29,278 nt of DNA from Bacteriovoracaceae bacterium (GTDB taxonomy: Bacteria > Bdellovibrionota > Bacteriovoracia > Bacteriovoracales > Bacteriovoracaceae): the NCBI GenBank assembly GCA_041586955.1, contig JBFGZE010000035.1, forward strand, positions 1 through 29,278, in the 5' to 3' direction. The translations under genes were made by a program, and so were the position numbers. Shown one piece after another: positions 1 through 8,870 of this stretch (position 1 is the first letter of the stretch; every line of letters starts with the position of its first letter). The notes below the pieces were generated by a model. The model searched no databases, was not told the DNA's origin, and saw nothing but the letters and a program-made list of their open reading frames with translations.

Positions 1-77
1 CACATCTAGGCATTCAGCTTGCCATCGCGCCGCTCATATTATTACTTCGGGTCAATAATACTCTATGAGGCCATCAA

Positions 78-383
78 ATGAAAAAACTACTCCATGCAGC
101 ATTTTTCCTATTTGCTATTATTTCGTCTAACCAGGCCAAAGAATATACCCAAAGCGAAGCGTTTATTATTTTTCAAATTGATTTCCACGAGATGTGCAAA
201 GAAAGTCCTATATATACCCAAAAAACTCCCCTAATGTGTAATGGCCAATTGACAGAAGATCATCTCCGTCAAAATATCTGGAATGAATGGACTGTCTCCT
301 TTCACCCAACAGAATGGCTATATGAAATTTATACCCTCAAACCGAATGGTGAAATTGTTCATTCCACTTATTCTGAAGATTAA
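78..383 (+). CDS. Small hypothetical secreted protein
   Basis: ATG preceded by GAGG (67-70); signal-peptide-like N-terminus MKKLLHAAFFLFAIISSNQA; no recognised domain. Confidence 0.6.
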   Translation: MKKLLHAAFFLFAIISSNQAKEYTQSEAFIIFQIDFHEMCKESPIYTQKTPLMCNGQLTEDHLRQNIWNEWTVSFHPTEWLYEIYTLKPNGEIVHSTYSED

Positions 384-706
384 TTCCAATGATATAGACA
401 TGGCGGTTGCCACTATTCCTTAAAATACTCCTTGATTGTACACTAGGCCCTTAACACCATTATAGTTTTAATGATTATTATTCTCTTCTTTACAGTATTG
501 GGCCTGTGCAAAAAAAATAAAAACAGGGACTTATCAATAATACTGAAGCAAGATAACTGACAATTGGGCATTTCATGCCACTTGGTAAACTTATCATAGG
601 CCAATGAGTAAGTTTCATGCTATCTATGCTGTATATCTATACCTTTAGGAATCCCCTCCAGACATCATTCTGATCGGCCCTTATCGATATAAAATAGGAG
701 TCTTTG

Positions 707-1471
707 ATGAATGATATTAATTTTTCTGAATTATTAAAAAGCGCCCCCCCAATTACCATAATTAAAGAGCTACTAAAAAATCCCGATTTTTTTATTGCTC
801 CTTTTGATCAAGATGAACGCCAGCACTCAAAAGAAATCGACAAAATGCTAGGTTTTAAAATTCCAAAAGTTGAACAAAAACTTTTAAAAAAATATCGTGC
901 TTTTTATAAGTCTGCCGATGATAGTAATAAAAAGGCCCATTATCAGGGAACCCAAACATGGATTGGCCTTCATCCCCAAGTCCTGCAGACTCCCTATAAT
1001 CAAATATCCCACTTTCTCTCTTATTTTAAAAAATACAATCCCAAAACCGTGGTGGATCTTGGCGCCGGGTATGGCCGAGTTGGTATTGTTATGAACGCCA
1101 TTCTGCCAGACGCCACCTTCATTGGACATGAAATATTAGAAATCCGCCTGAAAGAGGCCAATCGAATTTTTGATATTTATGGCCTTGATCAATGTGAAAT
1201 GAGGTGCCAAAATATTCTCGAAGATTCTTTTGATCTTCCTTCGGCAGATGTTTATTTTATCTATGACTTTAGCAATATTGATGACCTCATGGTTATCCTC
1301 AAAAGACTTTCAGAAAAGTTAAAGCACGATCAGTTTTTTATTGTCGCCAAGGGTGAAGGGATTCGCTCCCTCATTCAACTCAAATTCCCTGAATTCTGGA
1401 CATCTCACGGAGTTGTCCACCAAAAGGAGTGGAGCCTATATTCTTCATTCACAGACCTTAGAAAAAGATAA
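707..1471 (+). CDS. Class I SAM-dependent methyltransferase (DOT1/FAM173-like motif pattern)
   Basis: Motif I VVDLGAGYGRVG, acidic post-I residue in FIGHEI, later ADVYFIYDF. AGGAG at 696-700 favours the ATG at 707 over the TTG at 704. Confidence 0.85.
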   Translation: MNDINFSELLKSAPPITIIKELLKNPDFFIAPFDQDERQHSKEIDKMLGFKIPKVEQKLLKKYRAFYKSADDSNKKAHYQGTQTWIGLHPQVLQTPYNQISHFLSYFKKYNPKTVVDLGAGYGRVGIVMNAILPDATFIGHEILEIRLKEANRIFDIYGLDQCEMRCQNILEDSFDLPSADVYFIYDFSNIDDLMVILKRLSEKLKHDQFFIVAKGEGIRSLIQLKFPEFWTSHGVVHQKEWSLYSSFTDLRKR

Positions 1472-1719
1472 CTTTAATCCCCCACCCCCCAGCAGCTACG
1501 ACTAAAAAAAATTAACGATGAAGCACTATATCGCCCTCATCTCGTTTGGAACACAATCAATAAACGTAATTGACATCGGCCCGACTTAGACCTCATCAAA
1601 CTTCAACAATGGCCTTTGTTTAGGGAACATGCATGATTAGCACCCATTGGCCGATGACCTAGATCAGTTCTCTTTCGCGAAAAGTGATCTATACTCTTTA
1701 GTTCACAGGAAAAAAATTT

Positions 1720-2226
1720 ATGATAAAAATTGATCAAATACACCATGTGGCGTATCGCTGCAAAGACGCCAAGGAGACGGTTGAGTTTTATCAAAAGTAT
1801 TTGAATATGGACTTACTCGTTTCGATAACTGAAGATAAAATTTCTTCTACTAGAGAATCCAATCGCTATATTCGTATTTTTCTAGACGCTGGTAAAGGTA
1901 ATATTCTCGCTTTTTTTGAAATTACCGACGAGAAAGAAATGAGTCGTGACCTAAAGACACCAGTATGGGTTCAACATATATCTTTTTTATTAAAGGATGA
2001 GCAGGCCTTAAAAAACGCTAAAATAGAACTCGAGGAAAAAGGTGTCGAGGTCCTAGGTCTCACGGATCATGGCATTTTTAAATCGATTTATTTCTTTGAC
2101 CCCAACGGCCATCGATTGGAACTCACCTGCCTCACAGGTACCGATGAAGAAAGAGAATTATTAAAGAGTATTGCTCCCAGAATATTGGAAGAATGGAGTG
2201 AAACAAAAAATATCACCAAAAAATGA
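1720..2226 (+). CDS. VOC (glyoxalase/bleomycin resistance/dioxygenase) family protein
   Basis: IHHVAYRCKDAKETVEFY, LAFFE, VQHISF, SIYFFDPNGHRLEL: the four H/E/H/E metal-ligand positions of the VOC fold are present. Confidence 0.9.
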   Translation: MIKIDQIHHVAYRCKDAKETVEFYQKYLNMDLLVSITEDKISSTRESNRYIRIFLDAGKGNILAFFEITDEKEMSRDLKTPVWVQHISFLLKDEQALKNAKIELEEKGVEVLGLTDHGIFKSIYFFDPNGHRLELTCLTGTDEERELLKSIAPRILEEWSETKNITKK

Positions 2227-2357
2227 GCATCGATTAGATAAACAAAAATCTTCTCAAATAAAAAAAGCGAAGAGGGAAAACGACAAACCCTCTCCGCCTT
2301 TTGGAAGATTCTGGTTCCATCTGCAAGCAAAGGGAACCAGAGCAAATGAATTTCTTA

Positions 2358-3386
2358 TTAAAATTTAAAGACGACGCCGGCCTTAACCGTAGTCACATCA
2401 CTTTCCTCTAGGGCCTCGCCGAGAGTTTCAAGAACTGTTTCATCGTAAATGCTACTTGAGTAATTATACCCATCGTCACTTTCGCTATTAAATCCAGTCG
2501 TCAAGGCCTTAGCATAATCAAGCTCAACCGTCATACCGATAGAATCAGTAAAGTCAATATCAGCTCCGATCATTGCAGTACCCGTGAAGTTAGTACCTGA
2601 TGCGGCCACATCATCCTCCTTAAAACCATAACCCTGTGAACGGCCACGTTTATCGTACTTAAGATTTGTACGATTATAAGAAAGTTGCCCTCCAATAAAA
2701 GGACGAACGGATGAATTAACCGCCATATAGAATTTACTACGCACGCCAAGAGTTAAGCGCTTATAATTAATTTCATCATCATCATAATTAAAATTATAAT
2801 TATATTGGTTATAATAATTATTATAATTATAAAACGGATAAAGAGAGTTATCTTTATTCGTAATATTCATGGTTGTATAATCAATACCAACACCTACTGA
2901 GATACGCGGAGTAACCATATTCTCCATCGCCACACCAAAGCTCATATTAGACTCAAAACCGTCTACTCGATTACCATCATATTGAGCATAACCAAGAGTT
3001 GGTACGACAAGACTCTTCTTTTCTTTGCTGTCCATTTCTAGTTTCTTAGCGGCATTAAAAGCAGGTGCTGAAGAAAGTCCACCACCGCCATTGAAGGCAC
3101 TATGCAATTTACGAGTCAATTTAATCTCTTCTTTAATTCGCATATCTTCGATCTTCTTTGAGACCATATCTTCGTTTTTCTGCTCAAGCTTCTTTCTCAT
3201 TTTTTCTAGCTTGTCAGCTTGACTCTCGCGCTTTTCTTCAAATGTTCCGTCCACATCAATTTGATCTGAATCATAAGTATTTGACGTATCTTCTACGAGA
3301 GAATCAAAGGCATAGATGCCTGGTGCACCCATTAGAGTGATAAAAGTGAGCCCTAAGGCAAGTTTTTTATTTAATGTCGTTTTCAT
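2358..3386 (-). CDS. Outer-membrane beta-barrel protein with N-terminal coiled coil
   Basis: Signal peptide, charged helical segment (QADKLEKMRKKLEQKNEDMVSKKIEDMR), amphipathic strands (VRPFIGGQLSY, GMTVELDY), C-terminal GVVFKF beta-signal; AGGAG SD upstream. Confidence 0.8.
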   Translation of the reverse strand: MKTTLNKKLALGLTFITLMGAPGIYAFDSLVEDTSNTYDSDQIDVDGTFEEKRESQADKLEKMRKKLEQKNEDMVSKKIEDMRIKEEIKLTRKLHSAFNGGGGLSSAPAFNAAKKLEMDSKEKKSLVVPTLGYAQYDGNRVDGFESNMSFGVAMENMVTPRISVGVGIDYTTMNITNKDNSLYPFYNYNNYYNQYNYNFNYDDDEINYKRLTLGVRSKFYMAVNSSVRPFIGGQLSYNRTNLKYDKRGRSQGYGFKEDDVAASGTNFTGTAMIGADIDFTDSIGMTVELDYAKALTTGFNSESDDGYNYSSSIYDETVLETLGEALEESDVTTVKAGVVFKF

Positions 3387-3521
3387 AGGATTACTCCTGT
3401 TAAAGAAAGAAGTTTATCTTCTTCCATTTCTTAGCAATTTATTAAAACCAAACTATTTCTACCGGATTTCAGAAAATTTGCCAGAATTTCTTGCGCGACA
3501 TGTCATTTTTACAGGATAGGA

Positions 3522-3749
3522 CTAGCGAGGGATAGTAAAGTACTTGAAATTCTGTTCACTTCCCAGAGTTGAAAAGCGATTCACCAGGCGGCAAGAAAAG
3601 CGTTTATCGCCCTCTTGGCAATCCCCAGGGTTTGCCAAAAAGCGATTTTGCAATTGGGCCATCACAGTCGTGACAATGGTGACGATGACAAACAAGAGAA
3701 GAATATATTCAACGACAGTCTGACCAGACTCGTCTTTTTCAGGATTCAT
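3522..3749 (-). CDS. Flp/TadE-like type IVb pilin (class III signal peptide)
   Basis: DESG/QTVVEYILLLFVIV: Gly at -1, Glu at +5, Tyr at +6, then a hydrophobic helix; 75 aa with one Cys pair. Confidence 0.75.
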   Translation of the reverse strand: MNPEKDESGQTVVEYILLLFVIVTIVTTVMAQLQNRFLANPGDCQEGDKRFSCRLVNRFSTLGSEQNFKYFTIPR

Positions 3750-3781
3750 ATCTTTATTATCGCTGGCAGTGGCCAGCGAGC

Positions 3782-5149
3782 CTAGAGGTAAGTCTTACCG
3801 TCCTTAATATCCATTAACGTGGATAAAAAACCAAATGGGCCGCCCTGAAAGGGTCCATAATAATGAACACCTTTAAGTGCATGGCCCTTTTTCGGTGTTT
3901 TATAATGAACCATTTTAACGCTGCGACAAATGGGTAAGCGTGAATCCTTAAAAAGGAGGCCATCACCGCGCCCATCAAGGATAATATTATCGCCCATTAA
4001 GGCCTCCATCCCAACAATTGAGTCAATGATACCTGGATAGAGAATATTCAATTGTTTTTTTATCTGGTCTTCCAAGATGGGGCCATATTCATCTTCCTTT
4101 AGGCCCTTCACATAACGGCGAAAAATTTGGAAATTAACCTTACTGGTCGATTCAATAATAAATTCCCAAAAACAGATATCACCGCCCATTCCTTCTTTAA
4201 ACGCCCCAATAAAACGATTGCCGGTATCAATTTCATTTAATCGGCCACTAATAAGGAGGTGACCATTGAGAGAACGATAATATTGGGGGACATTGGCCAA
4301 GCGCATGTCTATTTGTGATGGCCGCGAGCCAAAAAGGGCCAAGGTCTGAGGATGAACGATCCCTTCATAACTGGCCAATTCCACACTCCACGGCCGATCT
4401 TTATAAAAATCCCATTCACGAATTTGAGTCTTCTTAAAATGGCCACCTTTTTCTTCATAGGATCCCAAACAATCGGCCTGTAGCCTATCCCGATCGACGT
4501 GATAGAGAGGAGAAAGAAGGCAACAAAAGAGATGGACCAATTCCACATCATTACAGCGAAAATGGGCCATACCTTGATAAAAGATTCGTAGAGTATAAAA
4601 GAAGACCCCATGCCAATCTTTTTTATTAGCAAATTCCTGTCTTAATATTTCCAGCGCCTCATTAACCCAAGCAGGTGCCTCTTTTTTAAATGTTTCTACC
4701 GTAATATTCTGAGAAGTTTCATAACGCAAAAATTGCGGACCTAAGCGCTCAACCCATTCATAATATTCACGATTAACCTTATTAGTATCTTTTCTCAACT
4801 CTCCACAAAGAGACGACAGGCCGGGGATTAATTTGCGCCCCAATTCGGCCAAATTGGCGAAGGGCTCACCACCTAATTGTAAAAATGTATTTCCCATTAA
4901 AAATGTAAATGTCTCTCGGTGGCAATAATTGTCAATTTGAGCGAGAGGGCGATAGCTTTTATCCTCGCCCCAGGTTTTTAGAACCGATATTTCTAAAAGG
5001 CCAAGTAATCCATCAAACCATTGCCCATAGCGCATGCGATGGTCATCGACCATCAACACTCGTTTATTAAGATCAACCAATTCACCTGCTAACATATATG
5101 AGGCCAACGTTTGTCCAACGATGGCCATGTCCCAATTTTTATCTAACAT
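3782..5149 (-). CDS. Hypothetical protein resembling a degenerate FAD-dependent oxidoreductase
   Basis: N-terminal WDMAIVGQTLASYMLAGELVDLNKRVLMVD matches the beta-alpha-beta dinucleotide fingerprint except for lost glycines; C-terminal LKGVHYYGP...PFG resembles the second FAD motif. Overlaps the waaA stop by 7 nt. Confidence 0.6.
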   Translation of the reverse strand: MLDKNWDMAIVGQTLASYMLAGELVDLNKRVLMVDDHRMRYGQWFDGLLGLLEISVLKTWGEDKSYRPLAQIDNYCHRETFTFLMGNTFLQLGGEPFANLAELGRKLIPGLSSLCGELRKDTNKVNREYYEWVERLGPQFLRYETSQNITVETFKKEAPAWVNEALEILRQEFANKKDWHGVFFYTLRIFYQGMAHFRCNDVELVHLFCCLLSPLYHVDRDRLQADCLGSYEEKGGHFKKTQIREWDFYKDRPWSVELASYEGIVHPQTLALFGSRPSQIDMRLANVPQYYRSLNGHLLISGRLNEIDTGNRFIGAFKEGMGGDICFWEFIIESTSKVNFQIFRRYVKGLKEDEYGPILEDQIKKQLNILYPGIIDSIVGMEALMGDNIILDGRGDGLLFKDSRLPICRSVKMVHYKTPKKGHALKGVHYYGPFQGGPFGFLSTLMDIKDGKTYL

Positions 5150-6429
5150 AATTTCCCTTTCAATTGACGGATCCCCTCTTCTTCACCTTGGCGAATGAGC
5201 TCAGGGCCTTGGGGTCGCGACCAAACATTATTATCAATAGGGGCCAATTCTGCCAGAACTTTTAGCCTCTCTGGGTGCCGGTCGTAAATATAATCATATT
5301 CTGTTGAACGGTGCACTTTAGGGCCACAAAGGATAAAACAATCCGACCAGAAAGGCTCCAATAAAGAATGCACAGAGCGGCCAAATCCACCGCCAACGTA
5401 CGCCCAATCACCAAAGGAATAAGCTTCACATAGAACACCTCTCGCCGTCACCAAAATGACACCGTGAAAATCCTGTTCGCAAATCTTGGCCCAGTCATCG
5501 GCATCACTCATTTCCGTCACCGGAACTTGCCAATGCTCTTCAATCGCCACTTTCAGGGTGTGAATATCCTCCTCCGCCAGTTGATGAGGGAAAATCCATA
5601 AAAACCCACGGCCCAAGACAATGTCCTGGAGAAGTGATTCATTCTGAAAAAGAGTTAAATCAATTGGCCAGATACTTCCTAAGACGCCAACCCAATCATA
5701 ATTGGCATTTCGCACCGATTGAAACGCCTCTAAAAAACCTTTCTCGGCCAGAAAACTCTCTGCTTGAGCGACTCGCTCTTGAATCAATTGATGACGAAAA
5801 TCCCCATCCTTAATAAGAACACTATCACTTAATTGGCGAAAGCGTATTGTTTCACTGGGAGTGGCAGTTAAGATAAAAGTAAAACTATTAGTGATAAAGC
5901 GCCAATACCAGCGGGTTAAGGGGGCTTTGAGGTCTTTTCCTTTAAGGCTAGCACTCACTAAAACGCGCTCACCAGGAACCTGGCACAAAGCAATTAATAA
6001 TTCAGGAAAAAAATCGTAGCGCACCATAATCATATGCTGACAATTATGGCCTAATGGGCCTCGTTTACTACCCGGCCAGGGAAAAAGTGAAAAGCGTAAT
6101 AGCGGTAGTGGCGCAGTATAAAGGTTCTGATAAAGACTAGCGTTTTTACATGCCACCATTTCCACACTAGGTGAACAATAATAAAGAGCGATGGTTTTGC
6201 CCTGGTCTAATAACTCCTGGAGTAATGGCCAAACTTGTTGCCATTCTCCTTCACTTGATACTTCCACCGTAAAATCACAAAATTTAGGAATCTTCCCGTG
6301 CCCTTTTTCAAAGGCCAAGCGCTTGGCAATAAAGGGTATAACAAGGCCTAAAATTGGCCAAAGGGGATATGCAATTGAGCGCAATATTAAAACAGGCCAT
6401 AAAAGCAAAATTTTCATACCATTTTCCAT
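5143..6429 (-). CDS. waaA: 3-deoxy-D-manno-octulosonic acid (Kdo) transferase-like, GT30
   Basis: EVSSEGE (cf. HxxSxGE), VRYDFFPEL, GSIWP, FPHQ, GVLCEAYSFGDWAYVGGGFGRSVHSLLEP...GP. Divergent; start could be 6417. Confidence 0.75.
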   Translation of the reverse strand: MENGMKILLLWPVLILRSIAYPLWPILGLVIPFIAKRLAFEKGHGKIPKFCDFTVEVSSEGEWQQVWPLLQELLDQGKTIALYYCSPSVEMVACKNASLYQNLYTAPLPLLRFSLFPWPGSKRGPLGHNCQHMIMVRYDFFPELLIALCQVPGERVLVSASLKGKDLKAPLTRWYWRFITNSFTFILTATPSETIRFRQLSDSVLIKDGDFRHQLIQERVAQAESFLAEKGFLEAFQSVRNANYDWVGVLGSIWPIDLTLFQNESLLQDIVLGRGFLWIFPHQLAEEDIHTLKVAIEEHWQVPVTEMSDADDWAKICEQDFHGVILVTARGVLCEAYSFGDWAYVGGGFGRSVHSLLEPFWSDCFILCGPKVHRSTEYDYIYDRHPERLKVLAELAPIDNNVWSRPQGPELIRQGEEEGIRQLKGKLC

Positions 6430-6644
6430 TTTATTTTATTGGGGCCAAAATGTCAGATGAACCTCAAAGTATTCAATAAAGCTTGTTTTTTTCTCACAAT
6501 TCCTTGCAAACGGTAAAAAAACCGAAATCCAAGTAAAAACCTCAAGCAATCAGCCTTGAAAAATCGTTTTTTCCATGAAAGTATGACCCAACGTGTTCAA
6601 AACGGCAAATATTAATATGAACAGAATCCTGGAAGGAGCAATTA

Positions 6645-7505
6645 ATGAAACCTCTCATTCTCTTAGGCCTTGCTTTAAGCTTCACTGGCCTTATTGCGGC
6701 GGAAACGACAACAAGTACTATCACCCCTGCTAATACTACCACTAGCACCAAAGATGTAAGCCTTTTTCAAAAGCTAGTGGACTCACCTTTTAATCTGGCC
6801 CTTATTCCTGTCGCTGCACCAATAACTGATCCTAACCATAAGTACTCTAAACGTTATAATGGTGTCGCAACCACTAATCTTATTGATTTCGGCTATAATT
6901 TCGGCGAATACGGCTCTTTAAAAATGAGAAACGTCATTGATTATGTAAAGGCCGGAAAAGCAGATGGCCAACTCTCCTATAATAGAATGGAGCTTAATTA
7001 TTCTAAGCAACTTGGTACTGAAAAATATTCTGGTGCCAATATCACCTTTCTAAACCGTGTTCTTTATTATACTGACTTCGATACCCGTCAAGCTATTAAT
7101 TATTATGGGTATATCCGTCCAGGTGTTCGCCTTTCAAAATCAATTAATAAGATTAACCTATCCGCAACAACTAACCTGGCCGTAAAGTCTCTTCGCGATT
7201 GGAGTCAGAGTACTAGTCGTGCTTATGTCTGGGTACCTTTGTCCCTTGGCCTTAGTATCACTGATAAGTTCTCGATCTCTATTGACCCCGAGTACAATCA
7301 GAGTTGGAGTACCAGCAGTTTTACCCCAAATCAAAATTATGTCACGTGGTCCTTTAATACCAATTACGATGTTGCTTCAAATATGAGCCTCTTTGCGACG
7401 GCCGACTTTGGCACATTAATGGAAGAAAGCGATGGACGCCTCTTCAGCAAAATGGATAAAGACAAACTGACTTATTCCGTTGGTGCTTATATCTCCGTTT
7501 TCTAA
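6645..7505 (+). CDS. Putative outer-membrane beta-barrel protein
   Basis: AAGGAG SD, signal peptide, Thr-rich linker, alternating aromatic/hydrophobic strands, ends YSVGAYISVF; followed by an intrinsic terminator. Confidence 0.75.
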   Translation: MKPLILLGLALSFTGLIAAETTTSTITPANTTTSTKDVSLFQKLVDSPFNLALIPVAAPITDPNHKYSKRYNGVATTNLIDFGYNFGEYGSLKMRNVIDYVKAGKADGQLSYNRMELNYSKQLGTEKYSGANITFLNRVLYYTDFDTRQAINYYGYIRPGVRLSKSINKINLSATTNLAVKSLRDWSQSTSRAYVWVPLSLGLSITDKFSISIDPEYNQSWSTSSFTPNQNYVTWSFNTNYDVASNMSLFATADFGTLMEESDGRLFSKMDKDKLTYSVGAYISVF

Positions 7506-7530
7506 GATTCAAAAAACTCAGCATATAAAG

Positions 7531-7557
7531 AAAGGGCCCTTATGGGCCCTTTTTTTT
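7531..7557 (+). terminator. Rho-independent terminator
   Basis: AAAGGGCCC-TTAT-GGGCCCTTT stem-loop ending in a T8 run, 25 nt after the stop at 7505. Confidence 0.9.
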
Positions 7558-7661
7558 ACCGGAAAAAAATACCTTCATACCAGAATTCTGGGACAGGACC
7601 TTGGCCTATTTCCTAAAGCAGCCGAATAAAGAGAGAGAGAACCTCTTTCAAGGAAATAGAA

Positions 7662-8831
7662 GTGGGCGACTCAAATGCAAAAAAAATTGACCCTATTACC
7701 ATCATTTTAAAGGAGATGGTTCTCGGCCTCCAAGAGATTGAGGCCCATGACCATATTCTGGCAGAATGTTTGGACGTGGAATATGCTGATATAATTATAG
7801 GGCCCGTCAAAAAAGAGGCCTTACGCGACCTTTTACTCGAAATCACATTACCCGAAGAAACTTTAGTCAGCGAGCATGGCCACGATCATTGGGTTCATAT
7901 ATACGACCATCCTTTTTTTAAACCTGAAGAGGAAGAAGAAAGTGAGGAAAGCAAGGTCGTCTCGTCTGTTTTATTACTGATGGAAGGCCAAAAGATGGGG
8001 CCCTACACCATTGAAGAAATTCGCAAAAAAGTTGAGCACCAGAAAATATTATTAAGCCAAATATGCAGTCCCGATAACGGTAAGACTTGGCATCCAATAT
8101 ATGACCTCGAAGCATTCGATCGTCGTAAGAAAAAAGGCCTTCCTCATAAAGCGGAGTTTACCAGTGACAAGATTCGGGCACTCTCCGAACAAGATGAAAA
8201 AACAGGAGCGTTTGCCAATTTAGTGTATTTGGAAAACTGTAAAGCAGGCAAGTCAAAAAAAACCGATATGAGCAGACGCTCAACTGATAAACAACAAAAT
8301 AACACACAAACTCATACGATTTCGCTGGACGAATTAAATGCCACCATTCCACCAAAAAATGACCAGCAATCCATTTATAAAAAGGTTTTTCTCTTCTCTT
8401 TAATGGGACTTTTATTATTATTTATTATTCCAAGCGGAAAGGATAAGGTTGAAAAAAAAGAGAAAGTAAGCCGGAAAAAAATAAAGAAGGCCAAAAAAGA
8501 ATTAAAACAAAAAAAGGCAACTGAAGTCACGAAAAGTAAACCCTCCAAACCTTCTCGAGAGACAAAAGCGAAGGTCACGAAAAGAAGTAGAGAGCGCCAA
8601 AGATCATTTCGTGAAAATGATAAATTTCGGCAACGCAGAGCGGTGCGGCGCGGCCGAAGCAATAGGCGTCCCAAGGCCAAAAGTGATGACTTCTATGAAG
8701 ACGAGCATAATGATCCTGTCGAACAGGATCGCATGCAAGCGGACCTCGATAAAGAAACTCTTGACCCTCTAGAAGATCGCTACCCTGCCGACGAAGATTA
8801 CGATAAAGAAGAAGACCCACCAATTGATTAA
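7662..8831 (+). CDS. Single-pass membrane protein with GYF_2 (DUF4339)-like domain(s)
   Basis: GQKMGPYTIEEIRKKV...KTWHPI is GYF_2-like; one TM helix (VFLFSLMGLLLLFIIP); basic then acidic low-complexity tail; GTG start with AAGGA upstream. Confidence 0.7.
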   Translation: MGDSNAKKIDPITIILKEMVLGLQEIEAHDHILAECLDVEYADIIIGPVKKEALRDLLLEITLPEETLVSEHGHDHWVHIYDHPFFKPEEEEESEESKVVSSVLLLMEGQKMGPYTIEEIRKKVEHQKILLSQICSPDNGKTWHPIYDLEAFDRRKKKGLPHKAEFTSDKIRALSEQDEKTGAFANLVYLENCKAGKSKKTDMSRRSTDKQQNNTQTHTISLDELNATIPPKNDQQSIYKKVFLFSLMGLLLLFIIPSGKDKVEKKEKVSRKKIKKAKKELKQKKATEVTKSKPSKPSRETKAKVTKRSRERQRSFRENDKFRQRRAVRRGRSNRRPKAKSDDFYEDEHNDPVEQDRMQADLDKETLDPLEDRYPADEDYDKEEDPPID

Positions 8832-8835
8832 ATCC

Positions 8836-8864
8836 TTGAATATCTCAATGAAATTAGGTTTAAT
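8836..8864 (+). promoter_or_regulatory. Candidate sigma70 promoter for tmk
   Basis: TTGAAT (8836-8841), 17 nt, TTTAAT (8859-8864); only 6 nt separate the -10 box from the tmk ATG. Confidence 0.45.
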
Positions 8865-8870
8865 ACCGCC

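Noticed and set aside
587..615. Imperfect dyad AAACTTA-TCAT...ATGA-G-TAAGTTT and short ORFs in 384-703
   Set aside because: AT-rich, bulged, and without a recognisable motif or SD-supported ORF.
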